This document shows, one piece after another, positions 40,308-49,092 of a stretch of DNA of 53,513 nt. The notes beneath the pieces are model-generated. The model was not told the DNA's origin. It saw only the letters and a program-made list of their open reading frames with translations, and did not search any database. The position numbers and the translations under genes are program-made. Source of the stretch: Rhizobacter sp. (GTDB lineage: Bacteria > Pseudomonadota > Gammaproteobacteria > Burkholderiales > Burkholderiaceae_C); NCBI GenBank assembly GCA_031396425.1, contig JANNKS010000051.1:1-53513 (forward strand). The letters run 5' to 3'. Each line of letters begins with the position of its first letter. Positions within the stretch are counted from its first letter, which is position 1.

Positions 40308-40739
40308 TCAGGTGCACAGCGCCTTGATGTCTTCGGGAACCGGCATGGCGCGCAGCCGGTCGGGGTCGTGCGCGTCGCGCTTCACGAACGCGCGCACTTC
40401 GCGACCTTCACAGATCAGGTCGGCACCTTCGGGGCGCTCGCGCGTCACGCGGTGCATCTGCACGAACACCTTGTCGCGCCATTCGTCGACCCAGGTGCTG
40501 ATCGTGATCGTCTCGCCGTAGGTGGCGGCCTTGATGAACTTGGTGTGAATCTCGAGCAGCGGCGTGCCGACGATGCCGCGCGTCTTCACCAGCTCACGCC
40601 ACGGCGGCACGCCGCATTCCATGAAGAAGGCCAGCGACGAGGCGTCCATCCAGCGCAGGAAATTCGGAAAGAAGACGATGCCCGCCGGGTCGCAGTCGCC
40701 GAACTGGATGTCGACGGTGTGGATCGTGGTGCGCGGCAT
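40308..40739 (-). CDS. 4HBT/YbgC-type acyl-CoA thioesterase (hotdog fold)
   Basis: 143 aa. The N-terminal 'VDIQFGDCDPAGIVFFPNFLRWMD' contains the catalytic-Asp context typical of 4HBT-class thioesterases. Confidence 0.8.
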   Translation of the reverse strand: MPRTTIHTVDIQFGDCDPAGIVFFPNFLRWMDASSLAFFMECGVPPWRELVKTRGIVGTPLLEIHTKFIKAATYGETITISTWVDEWRDKVFVQMHRVTRERPEGADLICEGREVRAFVKRDAHDPDRLRAMPVPEDIKALCT

Positions 40740-40766
40740 GATCTTGGTGTGCGTAGCGCCGGAGTT

Positions 40767-42614
40767 TCAGCGGCGCGGCAGGATCACGCCGTCGTCACCG
40801 CCGGCGTACAGGTGCTCGACCAGCGCCTCGCGGTGCGTCAGCACCGCGCGCTGGTTGATCGAACCCTTGTCGGTGACTTCGCCGCGGTCGATGCTGGGCG
40901 GGTCGACGAGCAGACAAGCCCGCGCCACGCGCGTCGCGCTGCCAGTGCCGCCGGCCCACAAGCCATCCACCAGGCGCTGAAAGAACTCGCGCACCGGCGC
41001 TGCGCCGAGCACGGCCAGCGTCGGCGCTGCGGCGTTCAGGCCGGCCAGCGCACGACAACTGTCCAGGCGCGGAAAGATCAGCAGGCCGATTTCATCGCGG
41101 TTGATGCCGGCCACGACCACGTCCTGCACGCAAGGGTCGCCGGCGGCGACGACCCTCGCCCGCAACGGGCCGACCGAGACGAAGGTGCCGGTGGAGAGCT
41201 TGAAGTCTTCGGCCGTGCGGCCGTCGAACATGAAGCCGCGGCCCGGGTTGTCGGCGGCGATGGGTTTGACCGCGTCACCGCTGCAGTAGAAGCCTTCGGC
41301 GTCGAACGCCTCGGCGGTCTGCTCGGGTGCGCGCCAGTAGCCAGGTGTGACGTTCGGGCCGCGGTAGCGCACTTCGGTCTTGTCGCCGGACTGGACCAGC
41401 TTCAGCTCGATGCCCGGCGCGGGCAGGCCGATGTGGCCCGACTTCACGTCTTCGGCGTTCGCGCAGATCGCGAACGGTGCGGTTTCCGTCATGCCCAGGC
41501 CGGTGAGCATGCGGATTCGCTCGCCGACGGTGGCTTCAGCGAGCCGGTCGAGCTTGTCCCACACCGGCTGCGACAGGCCGGCGCCAGCGAAGAAGAACAT
41601 GTTCACGCGCGACAGCAGCGTTTCGCGCAAAGCCGCATCGTTGTCCATCGCGTTGGCGATTTCCTCGAAGCCCTTGGGCACGTTGAAATACACCGTCGGC
41701 GCGATTTCGCGCAGGTTGCGCAGCGTCTCGCCGATCAGCGCCGGCGTGGGTTTGCCGTCGTCGATGTAGAGCGTGCCGCCGTTGTAGAGCGTCAGGCCGA
41801 CGTTGTGGTTGCCGCCGAAGGTGTGGTTCCACGGCAGCCAGTCGACCAGCACCGGGCGGTTGCGGCCGAGCTCGGGGAAACACTGGAGGATCTGCTGCTG
41901 GTTCGAACACAGCATGCGCTGCGTGTTGATCACGCCCTTGGGCAGTTTGGTCGAGCCCGAGGTGAACAGGAACTTGGCGATCGTGTCGGGCCCGACCCGC
42001 GCATGGGCAGCTTCCACCTGTGCGGTGGGCGCCACGGCGAGCAGTTGTTCGAACGACAGCGTGCGGCGCCCTTCGACCTGGCCCTGCGTCAGCGCCACCG
42101 GCGTATCGGCGGGTACGACCGCAGCAATCGCCCGGCCGAAGCCGGTGCCGCTGGACGCGAACACCAGCCCCGGCGTGAGCACGCCCAGGATGTGGCGCAG
42201 CTTGCCGTAGTCCTGCGACAGGGTCGAGTAGGCCGCCGAGATCGGCGCGTAAGGCACGCCGGCAAGCATCGCGCCGAGCGACAACAGCAGGTGTTCGAGG
42301 TCGTTGTCGGAAAGAATCGCCAGCGGTCGGTCGACCGACAGGCCCAGATCGAGCAGCGATTGCGCAACGCAGCGAGCACTCGCCAAGGCCTGCGCGTAGC
42401 TGATGCGCCGCCAGTCGCCACCATGGAAACGTTTCGCCGCCAGCGTGTGGCCCGGCGCGACCTCGGCCCAGTGCAGCAGCCGGTCGGTCAGGCGCAGCGG
42501 GTAGGGCTGCAGCGGCTCGGCGGAGGTGACCAGCGTCGTGCCATCGTCACGTGCCTGAAACCGCGCCGCCAACGAGCCGCCCAGCGGCAGCGCACGATAG
42601 CGCGGCGTGCTCAT
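40767..42614 (-). CDS. fcs: Feruloyl-CoA-synthase-like acyl-CoA synthetase (AMP-forming)
   Basis: 615 aa. The N-terminal 'RYRALPLG...DDGTTLVTSAEPLQPYPLRLTDRLLHWAEVAP' matches the Fcs-type N-terminus as I remember it from Pseudomonas Fcs. AMP-binding motifs are 'FTSGSTKLPKGV' and 'YCSGDAV'. Substrate specificity is not proven. Confidence 0.75.
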   Translation of the reverse strand: MSTPRYRALPLGGSLAARFQARDDGTTLVTSAEPLQPYPLRLTDRLLHWAEVAPGHTLAAKRFHGGDWRRISYAQALASARCVAQSLLDLGLSVDRPLAILSDNDLEHLLLSLGAMLAGVPYAPISAAYSTLSQDYGKLRHILGVLTPGLVFASSGTGFGRAIAAVVPADTPVALTQGQVEGRRTLSFEQLLAVAPTAQVEAAHARVGPDTIAKFLFTSGSTKLPKGVINTQRMLCSNQQQILQCFPELGRNRPVLVDWLPWNHTFGGNHNVGLTLYNGGTLYIDDGKPTPALIGETLRNLREIAPTVYFNVPKGFEEIANAMDNDAALRETLLSRVNMFFFAGAGLSQPVWDKLDRLAEATVGERIRMLTGLGMTETAPFAICANAEDVKSGHIGLPAPGIELKLVQSGDKTEVRYRGPNVTPGYWRAPEQTAEAFDAEGFYCSGDAVKPIAADNPGRGFMFDGRTAEDFKLSTGTFVSVGPLRARVVAAGDPCVQDVVVAGINRDEIGLLIFPRLDSCRALAGLNAAAPTLAVLGAAPVREFFQRLVDGLWAGGTGSATRVARACLLVDPPSIDRGEVTDKGSINQRAVLTHREALVEHLYAGGDDGVILPRR

Positions 42615-42699
42615 GGGCGTGGCCCCGAAGCCGCAGGCACCGCGGCCGGTTCAGCGGCCCGCCGCGCCTCCGGCCCGGCCTGCAGACGCTGCAATCCGT

Positions 42700-43512
42700 T
42701 CACGACGGCTTGCCCACCTTGCCGGCGCGCTTTTTGAGAAAGGCGCGCACACGCTCTTTGGCAGCGTCGTCACCCTGGGCGATGGCGGCCATCAGCGACT
42801 CGACGAACAGGCCATCGCTTTGTGCCATGTCGGCGATGCGCGGCAGCGCCTGCAGCACGGCGAAGTTCGACAGCGGCGCGTTGCCCCCAATTTTGCTGGC
42901 GAGTTCGCACGCCTTCGCGAAACCCGTACCCTCGGCGACGACGTACTGCGACAGGCCGCGCGCCGCGCCTTCCTGCGCGCTGAGCACGCGGCCGGTAAGC
43001 ATCATGTCGGTCATGGTGGCCACACCCGCCAGGCGCGGCACTCGCGCCGAGCCGCCGCCGCCGACGAAGATGCCGCGCTGGCCCTCGGGCAGGCCGTAAT
43101 AGGCGCTTGCCTCGGCGACACGGATGTGGCAGCTGCTCGCAATCTCCAACCCCCCGCCCACCACCGCACCATGCAGCACCGCGACCACCGGCACACGGCC
43201 GAACTGGATCGCGTCCATCGCCGCGTGCCAGGTGCGCGAATGCAGCACGCCTTCCGCAACGCTGCGTTCCGACAGTTCCGACAAGTCCAGACCGGCACAA
43301 AAGTGATCACCTTCGCCGGTGAGCACCGCCGAATTCACCGCGGCGGGCAGGTTCACGAAAGCCGTGTGCAGCTGCGCGACCAGCGCGTCATTCACGGCAT
43401 TGCGCTTGGCCGGGCGGTTCAACCGCAGATGCGCCACCGCACCGGCGATTTCGATGCGCAGCAAGTCCAGCCCGGCGAGCAGCCCGGTGGCAGGGGTGAA
43501 AGGGAGCGACAT
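42700..43512 (-). CDS. Crotonase-superfamily enoyl-CoA hydratase/isomerase-family protein
   Basis: 270 aa. 'LNRPAKRNAVNDAL', 'TGEGDHFCAGLDLSE' and 'AVLHGAVVGGGLEIA' are canonical crotonase blocks. It is not obviously the HCHL (hydratase-lyase) subtype. Confidence 0.85.
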   Translation of the reverse strand: MSLPFTPATGLLAGLDLLRIEIAGAVAHLRLNRPAKRNAVNDALVAQLHTAFVNLPAAVNSAVLTGEGDHFCAGLDLSELSERSVAEGVLHSRTWHAAMDAIQFGRVPVVAVLHGAVVGGGLEIASSCHIRVAEASAYYGLPEGQRGIFVGGGGSARVPRLAGVATMTDMMLTGRVLSAQEGAARGLSQYVVAEGTGFAKACELASKIGGNAPLSNFAVLQALPRIADMAQSDGLFVESLMAAIAQGDDAAKERVRAFLKKRAGKVGKPS

Positions 43513-43530
43513 GAGGCCTGACCTTCAAAA

Positions 43531-43551
43531 TTGATTACTAGTATTAAGCAA
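43531..43551. promoter_or_regulatory. Imperfect palindrome in an AT-rich leader; candidate MarR operator for the operon starting at 43512
   Basis: 'ttgattactagtattaagcaa' matches its own reverse complement at 16 of 21 positions and is centred on ACTAGT. It lies 19 nt upstream of the hydratase ATG, in the most AT-rich patch of a 320-bp spacer. Confidence 0.3.
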
Positions 43552-43832
43552 TTTGCGACGAACGAGTTCTCGGGTTTTCCCGCATTGCGTAGGGTGTATG
43601 CGCTATGGATATCTGCTGGGTGCCTGGCGTCTCGATCGCCTCCCTGTCTGGTCCCACATTCATTCCGAGATAAAACTAAAAACGCCCTGACGTCATCTTT
43701 CGAGCCGGGCCTCGAAGCGCATTCCGTCGCCTCTGGTCGCACAGGAAACTGCAACGCGAACCGCGCGGCGTCGCAGTGGTGCCGCGCTGATGGCGCGGAG
43801 CACCCCGGCAAAGACTTGGCGGTGGCGTAGGG

Positions 43833-46208
43833 TCAGCGCGATGCCCCGACCCGCGCCGAGGCTGTGGCGCGTGCCGCGGCGTTGGGCTTGCTGGAGTTCG
43901 GCGTGTCGGCCTGACAGGCCACCAGCCAATCGCGCAGACGCTGCACCGCCACCGGTTTGTGCAGCCACGGCAGGCCGCTGGCCTCGATGCGGCGCAACGC
44001 CTCGGGCGCGCTCTCGCCGGTGATCAGCAGGCAGGGCAGCGACGCGCCGTGCAGCGCGCGCAGGCGCGCGGCTTCGTCGATGCCATCACGGCCACCGCGC
44101 AGGCGCAGGTCGAGCAGGGCCACGTCGGGGCGCCATGCAGGCTCGATATGCAGGTCTTCGCTGCGCGCGGCGGCCACGGCGCTGCAACCCCACTGCTGCA
44201 GCAGATCGACCAGCGCCTCACGCACGCCGCGGTCGTCTTCGATGACGATGGCGCACAGCGGCGGCAACCTGCCGTTGCTGGTGGCCTCGACCGCCAGCGC
44301 GCGCGGCACCGGCGCGCTGCGTTCGAGCGAGACAGCGAACGTGGCGCCGCGCCCCGGCGCCGAGCGCAGTGCCACGCCGTGGCCGAGCAGGCGCGCCAGG
44401 CGCTGCACGATGGCCAGACCGAGGCCCAGGCCTTCGCCGCCCGGGCGTTCACCGGGGTCGATCTGGAAGAACTCGTCGAACACGCGCGCGTGCAGCGCCG
44501 CGGGAATGCCCGGGCCGCTGTCGCGCACATCGATGCGCCACGCGCTGCCGCGTGCGCGCAGCGTCACCAGCACGCCGCCGGTGCGGGTGTGGCGCACCGC
44601 ATTGACGATCAGGTTGCGCAGCACGCGTTCGAGCAGCAGCGGGTCGGTGCGCGCGCTGGCGTCGTGCGCGCCCGCGGCCAGGCGCAGCGACAGCCACAGG
44701 CCCTGGCGTTCGGCCTCGGCACGGTGGGTCTGCACGAGTTTGTCGAGCAGCAGGGCCAGCGCCACCGATTGCCATTGCGGCGCAACCACGCCGGCATCAA
44801 TGCGCGAGAGGTCGAGCAGCGCATTGAACAGGCCCGAGAGCGCACCGACGCAGGTGTCGATGCGGTCCAGGCGTTGCTGGCGCCGCTGCGCGTCGGGCTC
44901 GCCGCGCAGCGCGGCGACGTGCAGCGCGAGCGCGTGCACAGGCTGGCGCAGGTCGTGGCTGGCGGCGGCAAGGAAGTCACTCTTGGCGCGGCTGGCAGCG
45001 TGCAGCGCGTTGTTGAGTTCGGCCAGGCGCTGCTGCCCGGCCTCGGCCGAATCGCGCTGCTGGCGTGCCAGCGCGAGCTGGAACTCCACTTCCATCGCGA
45101 TGCGACGCGCGCGCGACGCGCGGCCGAACATCGCCTCGTGCAGCGCCGACGCGGCGCGGCTGTGCGCCATGGCGGCCCTCAGGTCGCCCTGCGTTTCGCA
45201 GGCGGCGGCGGCGCATTCGCGCAGACGCAGCAGCGCCAGGGGCAGGTCGTTCGCATCGGGCAGGGACTCGGCGGCAAGGCGCTGCTCGGCCAGCGCGCGA
45301 GCCGCCTCGGTGCGGCCGCTGGCCATCCACAGGCGGGCCTGCACCGTGGCCCATTCGAACGGCGGCGCCGTGTCGCCGGCGTACGCCGTGGCAGCCTCGT
45401 CGAGCAGGGCCTGCGCGCGCGCATGCTCGCCGCGCGCGCGCGCCACCTCGGCGAACACCGTGGCGTACTTGGCGCGCTTGTCGTCACGCATCAGGTGTTG
45501 CGATGCGAGCAAGCGCTCAACCACCGGCTGGGCCTCGTCGTCGCGCCCGAGCGCGTTGAGCACCAGGATGCGGTTGATGCCGGCCGTGACCCAGGCGCCC
45601 TGCGCGCCGGCGCGCTCTGCGCTGTCGAACGCTGCGGTGCAGAACGCGAGCGCGTCGTCGAGGCTGTACACGTCGTAATGCGCGCCTCCGAGGTTGCTGG
45701 CGGCGTTGGCGATCAGCGCTTCGTCGGCGCTCGCGTGCGCCAGCGACAGCGCGAGGTGGAAGTGGCGCAGCGCATCGTCGAGCCGATGCAGCGCCGAGCA
45801 GCAGATCGCTGCCGCCGTAGCGGTGGCGCACTGCGCCTGCGGCAGGCGTGCGCCGTCCGGCAGCGCAAGGTTGGTTTCGAGCTGCTCGAGCGCTGCCGCA
45901 AAGTCGTGATCGCGGCGCAGGCGGGCCGCCGTGCTGTCGCGCACCAGTGCGGGCACGGCGGCGCCGTCGTCGCCGCTGCAGCGCGAGGCAGCCAGGCACA
46001 GCAGCGCATGCGCGGCCTCGGCGCGTTCGCGCGTGCCCCAACGCCACTCGGCCCAGGCAACGTGGAAATGGCCGCGTGCGGCGGAGGCAGCGTCGCCGGC
46101 GCCCGCGGCCAGTTGCGCGCCAAGCGCCGCGGCGTGCTGCGGCTGGCGGTACTGCTCGGCCCAGGCCTGCCGGTCCAGTGCATCAGCGGCGGCGGGCGTG
46201 GGCGTCAT
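43833..46208 (-). CDS. Cytoplasmic hybrid sensor histidine kinase/response regulator with an N-terminal TPR-like helical-repeat region
   Basis: 791 aa with no TM segment. The N-terminal ~400 aa are Ala/Leu-rich repeats. HisKA is 'FLAAASHDLRQPVHAL', and HATPase_c has 'NLIVNAVRHT', 'DSGPGIP' and 'GLGLGLAIVQRL'. The receiver has 'AIVIEDD' and 'DVALLDLRL'. Confidence 0.9.
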   Translation of the reverse strand: MTPTPAAADALDRQAWAEQYRQPQHAAALGAQLAAGAGDAASAARGHFHVAWAEWRWGTRERAEAAHALLCLAASRCSGDDGAAVPALVRDSTAARLRRDHDFAAALEQLETNLALPDGARLPQAQCATATAAAICCSALHRLDDALRHFHLALSLAHASADEALIANAASNLGGAHYDVYSLDDALAFCTAAFDSAERAGAQGAWVTAGINRILVLNALGRDDEAQPVVERLLASQHLMRDDKRAKYATVFAEVARARGEHARAQALLDEAATAYAGDTAPPFEWATVQARLWMASGRTEAARALAEQRLAAESLPDANDLPLALLRLRECAAAACETQGDLRAAMAHSRAASALHEAMFGRASRARRIAMEVEFQLALARQQRDSAEAGQQRLAELNNALHAASRAKSDFLAAASHDLRQPVHALALHVAALRGEPDAQRRQQRLDRIDTCVGALSGLFNALLDLSRIDAGVVAPQWQSVALALLLDKLVQTHRAEAERQGLWLSLRLAAGAHDASARTDPLLLERVLRNLIVNAVRHTRTGGVLVTLRARGSAWRIDVRDSGPGIPAALHARVFDEFFQIDPGERPGGEGLGLGLAIVQRLARLLGHGVALRSAPGRGATFAVSLERSAPVPRALAVEATSNGRLPPLCAIVIEDDRGVREALVDLLQQWGCSAVAAARSEDLHIEPAWRPDVALLDLRLRGGRDGIDEAARLRALHGASLPCLLITGESAPEALRRIEASGLPWLHKPVAVQRLRDWLVACQADTPNSSKPNAAARATASARVGASR

Positions 46209-46260
46209 GGTGGCGGTGCGGCGGCGGGGTCGATCTTAATCGGCCCGCGCCGCGAAGCCT

Positions 46261-47979
46261 TCAGCGGAAATTCCAGGCCCGCACGAAGGTTTGATCGTCG
46301 ATCGCCGCCGGGTAGATCGCACTGGCGCTGCCGTCCGGGCGCACTGCCAGGTGCAGCGGGCCGTTCAGGTGGTAGCTGCCCAGCGTGCCGGCGTAGGCCA
46401 GCGGCCGCCACTCGTTGCGGCCCGCATGCCAGCGCATGGCGCCGGCCATCACGCCCAGCGAGTTGCCCTGGTCCTGGCCGAAGAGCACGATCACATTGCC
46501 GGCAGCGTCACGCCCGGCGCGCAATTGCGTGAAGGCGTTGTCGAGCGAGCTGATCAGGATGCTTTGCAACGAGCCGCAGCCTTCAGCGTTGCACGGCCAC
46601 TGCGACAGACTGCGGCCGAAGTTGTGCACCGAGACGATTGAAAAATCGTTGCCCGCGCCGAACACCGCGACCGACTCGACGACGGTGTTCGGGTTGTAGT
46701 TGGCGACGTACTGCGCGTCACCGATCCAGCCCGACTCGTTGCCGGCAAACTGGTACTGGCTCACGTAGACCTGCGTCAGACTGCTGCGCATCAGCACGAC
46801 GGCGCGGCCCTGGGCGTTCATCGCCATGCTCGACAGGGCCATCGGAAACGAGCCCGAAAACTGCTGGGCGTTGGCCGCCGTCCACGATGTCGCCGCAGCG
46901 GTGCGTGTATTGCCGTAGGTGCGGTCAACATCGGCACTGGTGCTGAAGGCAATCAGCACATTGCCTGCGCCATCGGAGGCGATCTGCGGCGCCAGGGCGT
47001 TGGCGCTTTCGGCCTCGATCGATTCCGTACCGAGTACCTGGCCGTTCGGCGTTGTGCTGTTGAACGCAAGGCGGCTGGCGACGATGTCGTACGCCGTGCT
47101 TTCGCTCGAGGCGAGTTGGCGCCAGACGATCTCGAACACGCCGTTGCCAACGTAGGCGGCCGCCGGCGATGCGCCGTCGGCGCCGCTGAAGAAGCCGCCG
47201 CCGGACCACGAGCCACCGCCGGGCTGCAACAGGGCGAAAGCGATCGTGCCGCCGATGTCGTCCCGCAAGCCTCGGCGCCAGACCGCCAGCACATGGCCGT
47301 TGTCGCTGGCCACCACCTTGACGTCGTGCTCGCTGACGTTCGCCGGCAGGTCCGATGCGCCCAGCCACGAGGTGTACTGCGGAACCGTCTGGCCGCTCGG
47401 TGTGTAGGAGATGCGCAGACCGATGGCTCCGTTGGGGCGCGCTTCGCCGAACACCATGTAGGTGGCACCGGTGCTGTCGACCGCCACCGCCAAGGTGCCG
47501 GTGTCAGTGACCGGGTCGCCGGCTTCCTGGGCATTGCGCGGCACGCTCGGCGCCGACCAGCTGCGCTCGGTGACCAACAGCGTGGCGTTGGCGCAGATGG
47601 TGGTGCCGGCACTGTTGCTCACCTCCACGCTGAAGAGCTTGCCATCATCGACCAGGCTGGCGGCGGGCGTGGTGTAGCTGGCCCCGGTAGCGCCGTCGAT
47701 GACGGTGGGCGTGGTGCCGCTGCGCCATTGGTAGCTCAGCGCACCGGCGTTGCTTTCGGCGGCCACGGACAACGCCGCGCTGCTGCCTTCGGCGACCGTC
47801 ACGGCGGCCGCGGGCTGGGCGGTGATCGTCGGCGCCACGGCAGCCGGCAGTGGCGCAGCGGGTGGGCCGTCATCGGCGCCGCCACAGGCGGCCACCAGCG
47901 CGGTGGCCAGCGCGAAGGTGGTCAGGTGCACCAGGCGCATCAGGCCCAGGGGTCGAGGGGTCAGAGTCGATCGGGTCAT
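46261..47979 (-). CDS. Lipoprotein with an N-terminal Ig-like domain and a multi-blade beta-propeller-like body
   Basis: The lipobox is 'FALATALVAAC|GG'. The Ig-like segment is 'ITAQPAAAVTVAEGSSAALSVAAES..LSYQWRSG...GKLFSVEVSNSAGTTICANATLLV'. About eight blade-like repeats follow ('VAVDSTGATYMVF', 'VASDNGHVLAVW', 'YVGNGVFEIVW', 'IASDGAGNVLIAF', 'MNAQGRAVVLM', 'VFGAGNDFSIV', 'GRDAAGNVIVLF', 'VRPDGSASAIY'). An alternative start exists at 47940. Confidence 0.7.
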   Translation of the reverse strand: MTRSTLTPRPLGLMRLVHLTTFALATALVAACGGADDGPPAAPLPAAVAPTITAQPAAAVTVAEGSSAALSVAAESNAGALSYQWRSGTTPTVIDGATGASYTTPAASLVDDGKLFSVEVSNSAGTTICANATLLVTERSWSAPSVPRNAQEAGDPVTDTGTLAVAVDSTGATYMVFGEARPNGAIGLRISYTPSGQTVPQYTSWLGASDLPANVSEHDVKVVASDNGHVLAVWRRGLRDDIGGTIAFALLQPGGGSWSGGGFFSGADGASPAAAYVGNGVFEIVWRQLASSESTAYDIVASRLAFNSTTPNGQVLGTESIEAESANALAPQIASDGAGNVLIAFSTSADVDRTYGNTRTAAATSWTAANAQQFSGSFPMALSSMAMNAQGRAVVLMRSSLTQVYVSQYQFAGNESGWIGDAQYVANYNPNTVVESVAVFGAGNDFSIVSVHNFGRSLSQWPCNAEGCGSLQSILISSLDNAFTQLRAGRDAAGNVIVLFGQDQGNSLGVMAGAMRWHAGRNEWRPLAYAGTLGSYHLNGPLHLAVRPDGSASAIYPAAIDDQTFVRAWNFR

Positions 47980-48191
47980 GTGGTCAGTCTCCAGGGGTGG
48001 GGGGAATCCGCCTGGACAGTCTGTGCAGCCGGCGAGTCAGCCGCACCGGACAGATGGCCGGAGCGACGCCGCATCCGACCCTGAGTTGTGACTTGCTTGA
48101 CAGCGATCTGCCGGTGCTGACGCGCGGGTCAGTGCGCACCCCCGGCCATCTGGCCGGCCCTGTGCGGCAACAGGGCCGCTACGATCACACG

Positions 48192-48860
48192 ATGTGTTCG
48201 ATGCCCTTGCAGCGCCGGGTCCTGGTGGTTGACGACCATCCGCTGGTGCGCGATGGCCTGGTCGGGGCCTTGACGGCCGTGGGGCTTGGCTGGGCCTGCG
48301 AGGGCGCCCCCGATATCGCGCAGGCCCGGCGCAGCTTGTCCGGCGGTGGGCGCGTCGACCTGGTCCTGGCCGACCAACGCCTGCCCGACGGCGACGGTCT
48401 GGATTTGCTGATCGAAGTCCTGCAGTCAGCGCCGCGTACCGCCTGCGTATTGCTCTCCGGCGCGGACGACGTGCGCCTGGCGGCGCAGGCCCGACAGGCG
48501 GGCTTGACCGGCTATCTGTCCAAGCGCCTGGAGCCGGCGCAGATCGTTTCGGCCTTGCAGCAGGTGCTGGCCGGTGGAACCTGTTTTCCCGAGCGCGCCA
48601 AGGGCGCGGCGCTGAGTTTCACCGAGCGACAGATCGAGGTCTTGCAGCATGTCTGCGGCGGCCGCACCAGCAAGGAGATTGCGCGTGAGCTGGGGGTCAG
48701 CGTGCGCACGGTCAAAGACCACCTGACTGCGATCTTCCTGCGCCTGGGCGTCAGCAGCCGCGCCGAGGCGGTGGCGCGCGCTGCTGCCTTGGGGCTGGTG
48801 CGCCTCGAGGCCTGGGCCGTGCCGCCGACCGTCAGCCCGCCGATGCGCAAGGTCGGCTGA
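48192..48860 (+). CDS. NarL/FixJ (LuxR-type HTH) response regulator
   Basis: The receiver is 'RVLVVDDHPLVRDGL...DLVLADQRLPDGDGLDLL'. The LuxR HTH is 'LSFTERQIEVLQHVCGGRTSKEIARELGVSVRTVKDHLTAIFLRLGV'. Confidence 0.9.
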   Translation: MCSMPLQRRVLVVDDHPLVRDGLVGALTAVGLGWACEGAPDIAQARRSLSGGGRVDLVLADQRLPDGDGLDLLIEVLQSAPRTACVLLSGADDVRLAAQARQAGLTGYLSKRLEPAQIVSALQQVLAGGTCFPERAKGAALSFTERQIEVLQHVCGGRTSKEIARELGVSVRTVKDHLTAIFLRLGVSSRAEAVARAAALGLVRLEAWAVPPTVSPPMRKVG

Positions 48861-49092
48861 CCGACGCCGACCGGGCCGCTGGCCCGGCCGGGCCCGCCGC
48901 TGCATGAACTCCAGCGACATCACCGCCTGCGTGGTGCTTTCGCGCTACGGGGTCTTCAGCTTCAGCACCGCCTGGCCTGCGGCGTTGCATGGCACCCACT
49001 CGTCCGCCAGCGCCGGGCGGGGGAGGTGGCGTAAAGGTGGGTCCAGCGCCTTTCAGCGGCTGAGTCCGCTCGACGTCGCCGGCGTCCGCGGA

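Noticed and set aside
43778-43804. The hairpin GGTGCCGCGC-tgat(g)-GCGCG(ga)GCACC, 30 nt downstream of the kinase stop, as an intrinsic terminator.
   Set aside because: The stem is interrupted by a 2-nt bulge and has no flanking U/A tract on either strand. This is too weak to call.
43959-46532. An 857-aa plus-strand ORF antisense to the hybrid kinase. Similar giants occur at 40284-42737 (antisense to the Fcs-like gene), 37775-40327, 36202-37521, 15373-17031 and 16844-18496.
   Set aside because: All are mirror frames of well-supported genes. They have Arg/Gly/Ala/Gln-rich composition and no recognisable domains, so they are GC-driven artefacts.
48940-49060. A short minus-strand open frame ending '...RPALADEWVPCNAAGQAVLKLKTP*' in the spacer after the response regulator; possibly a gene remnant.
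   Set aside because: Only ~37 codons are open, there is no start codon, and I recognise no family.
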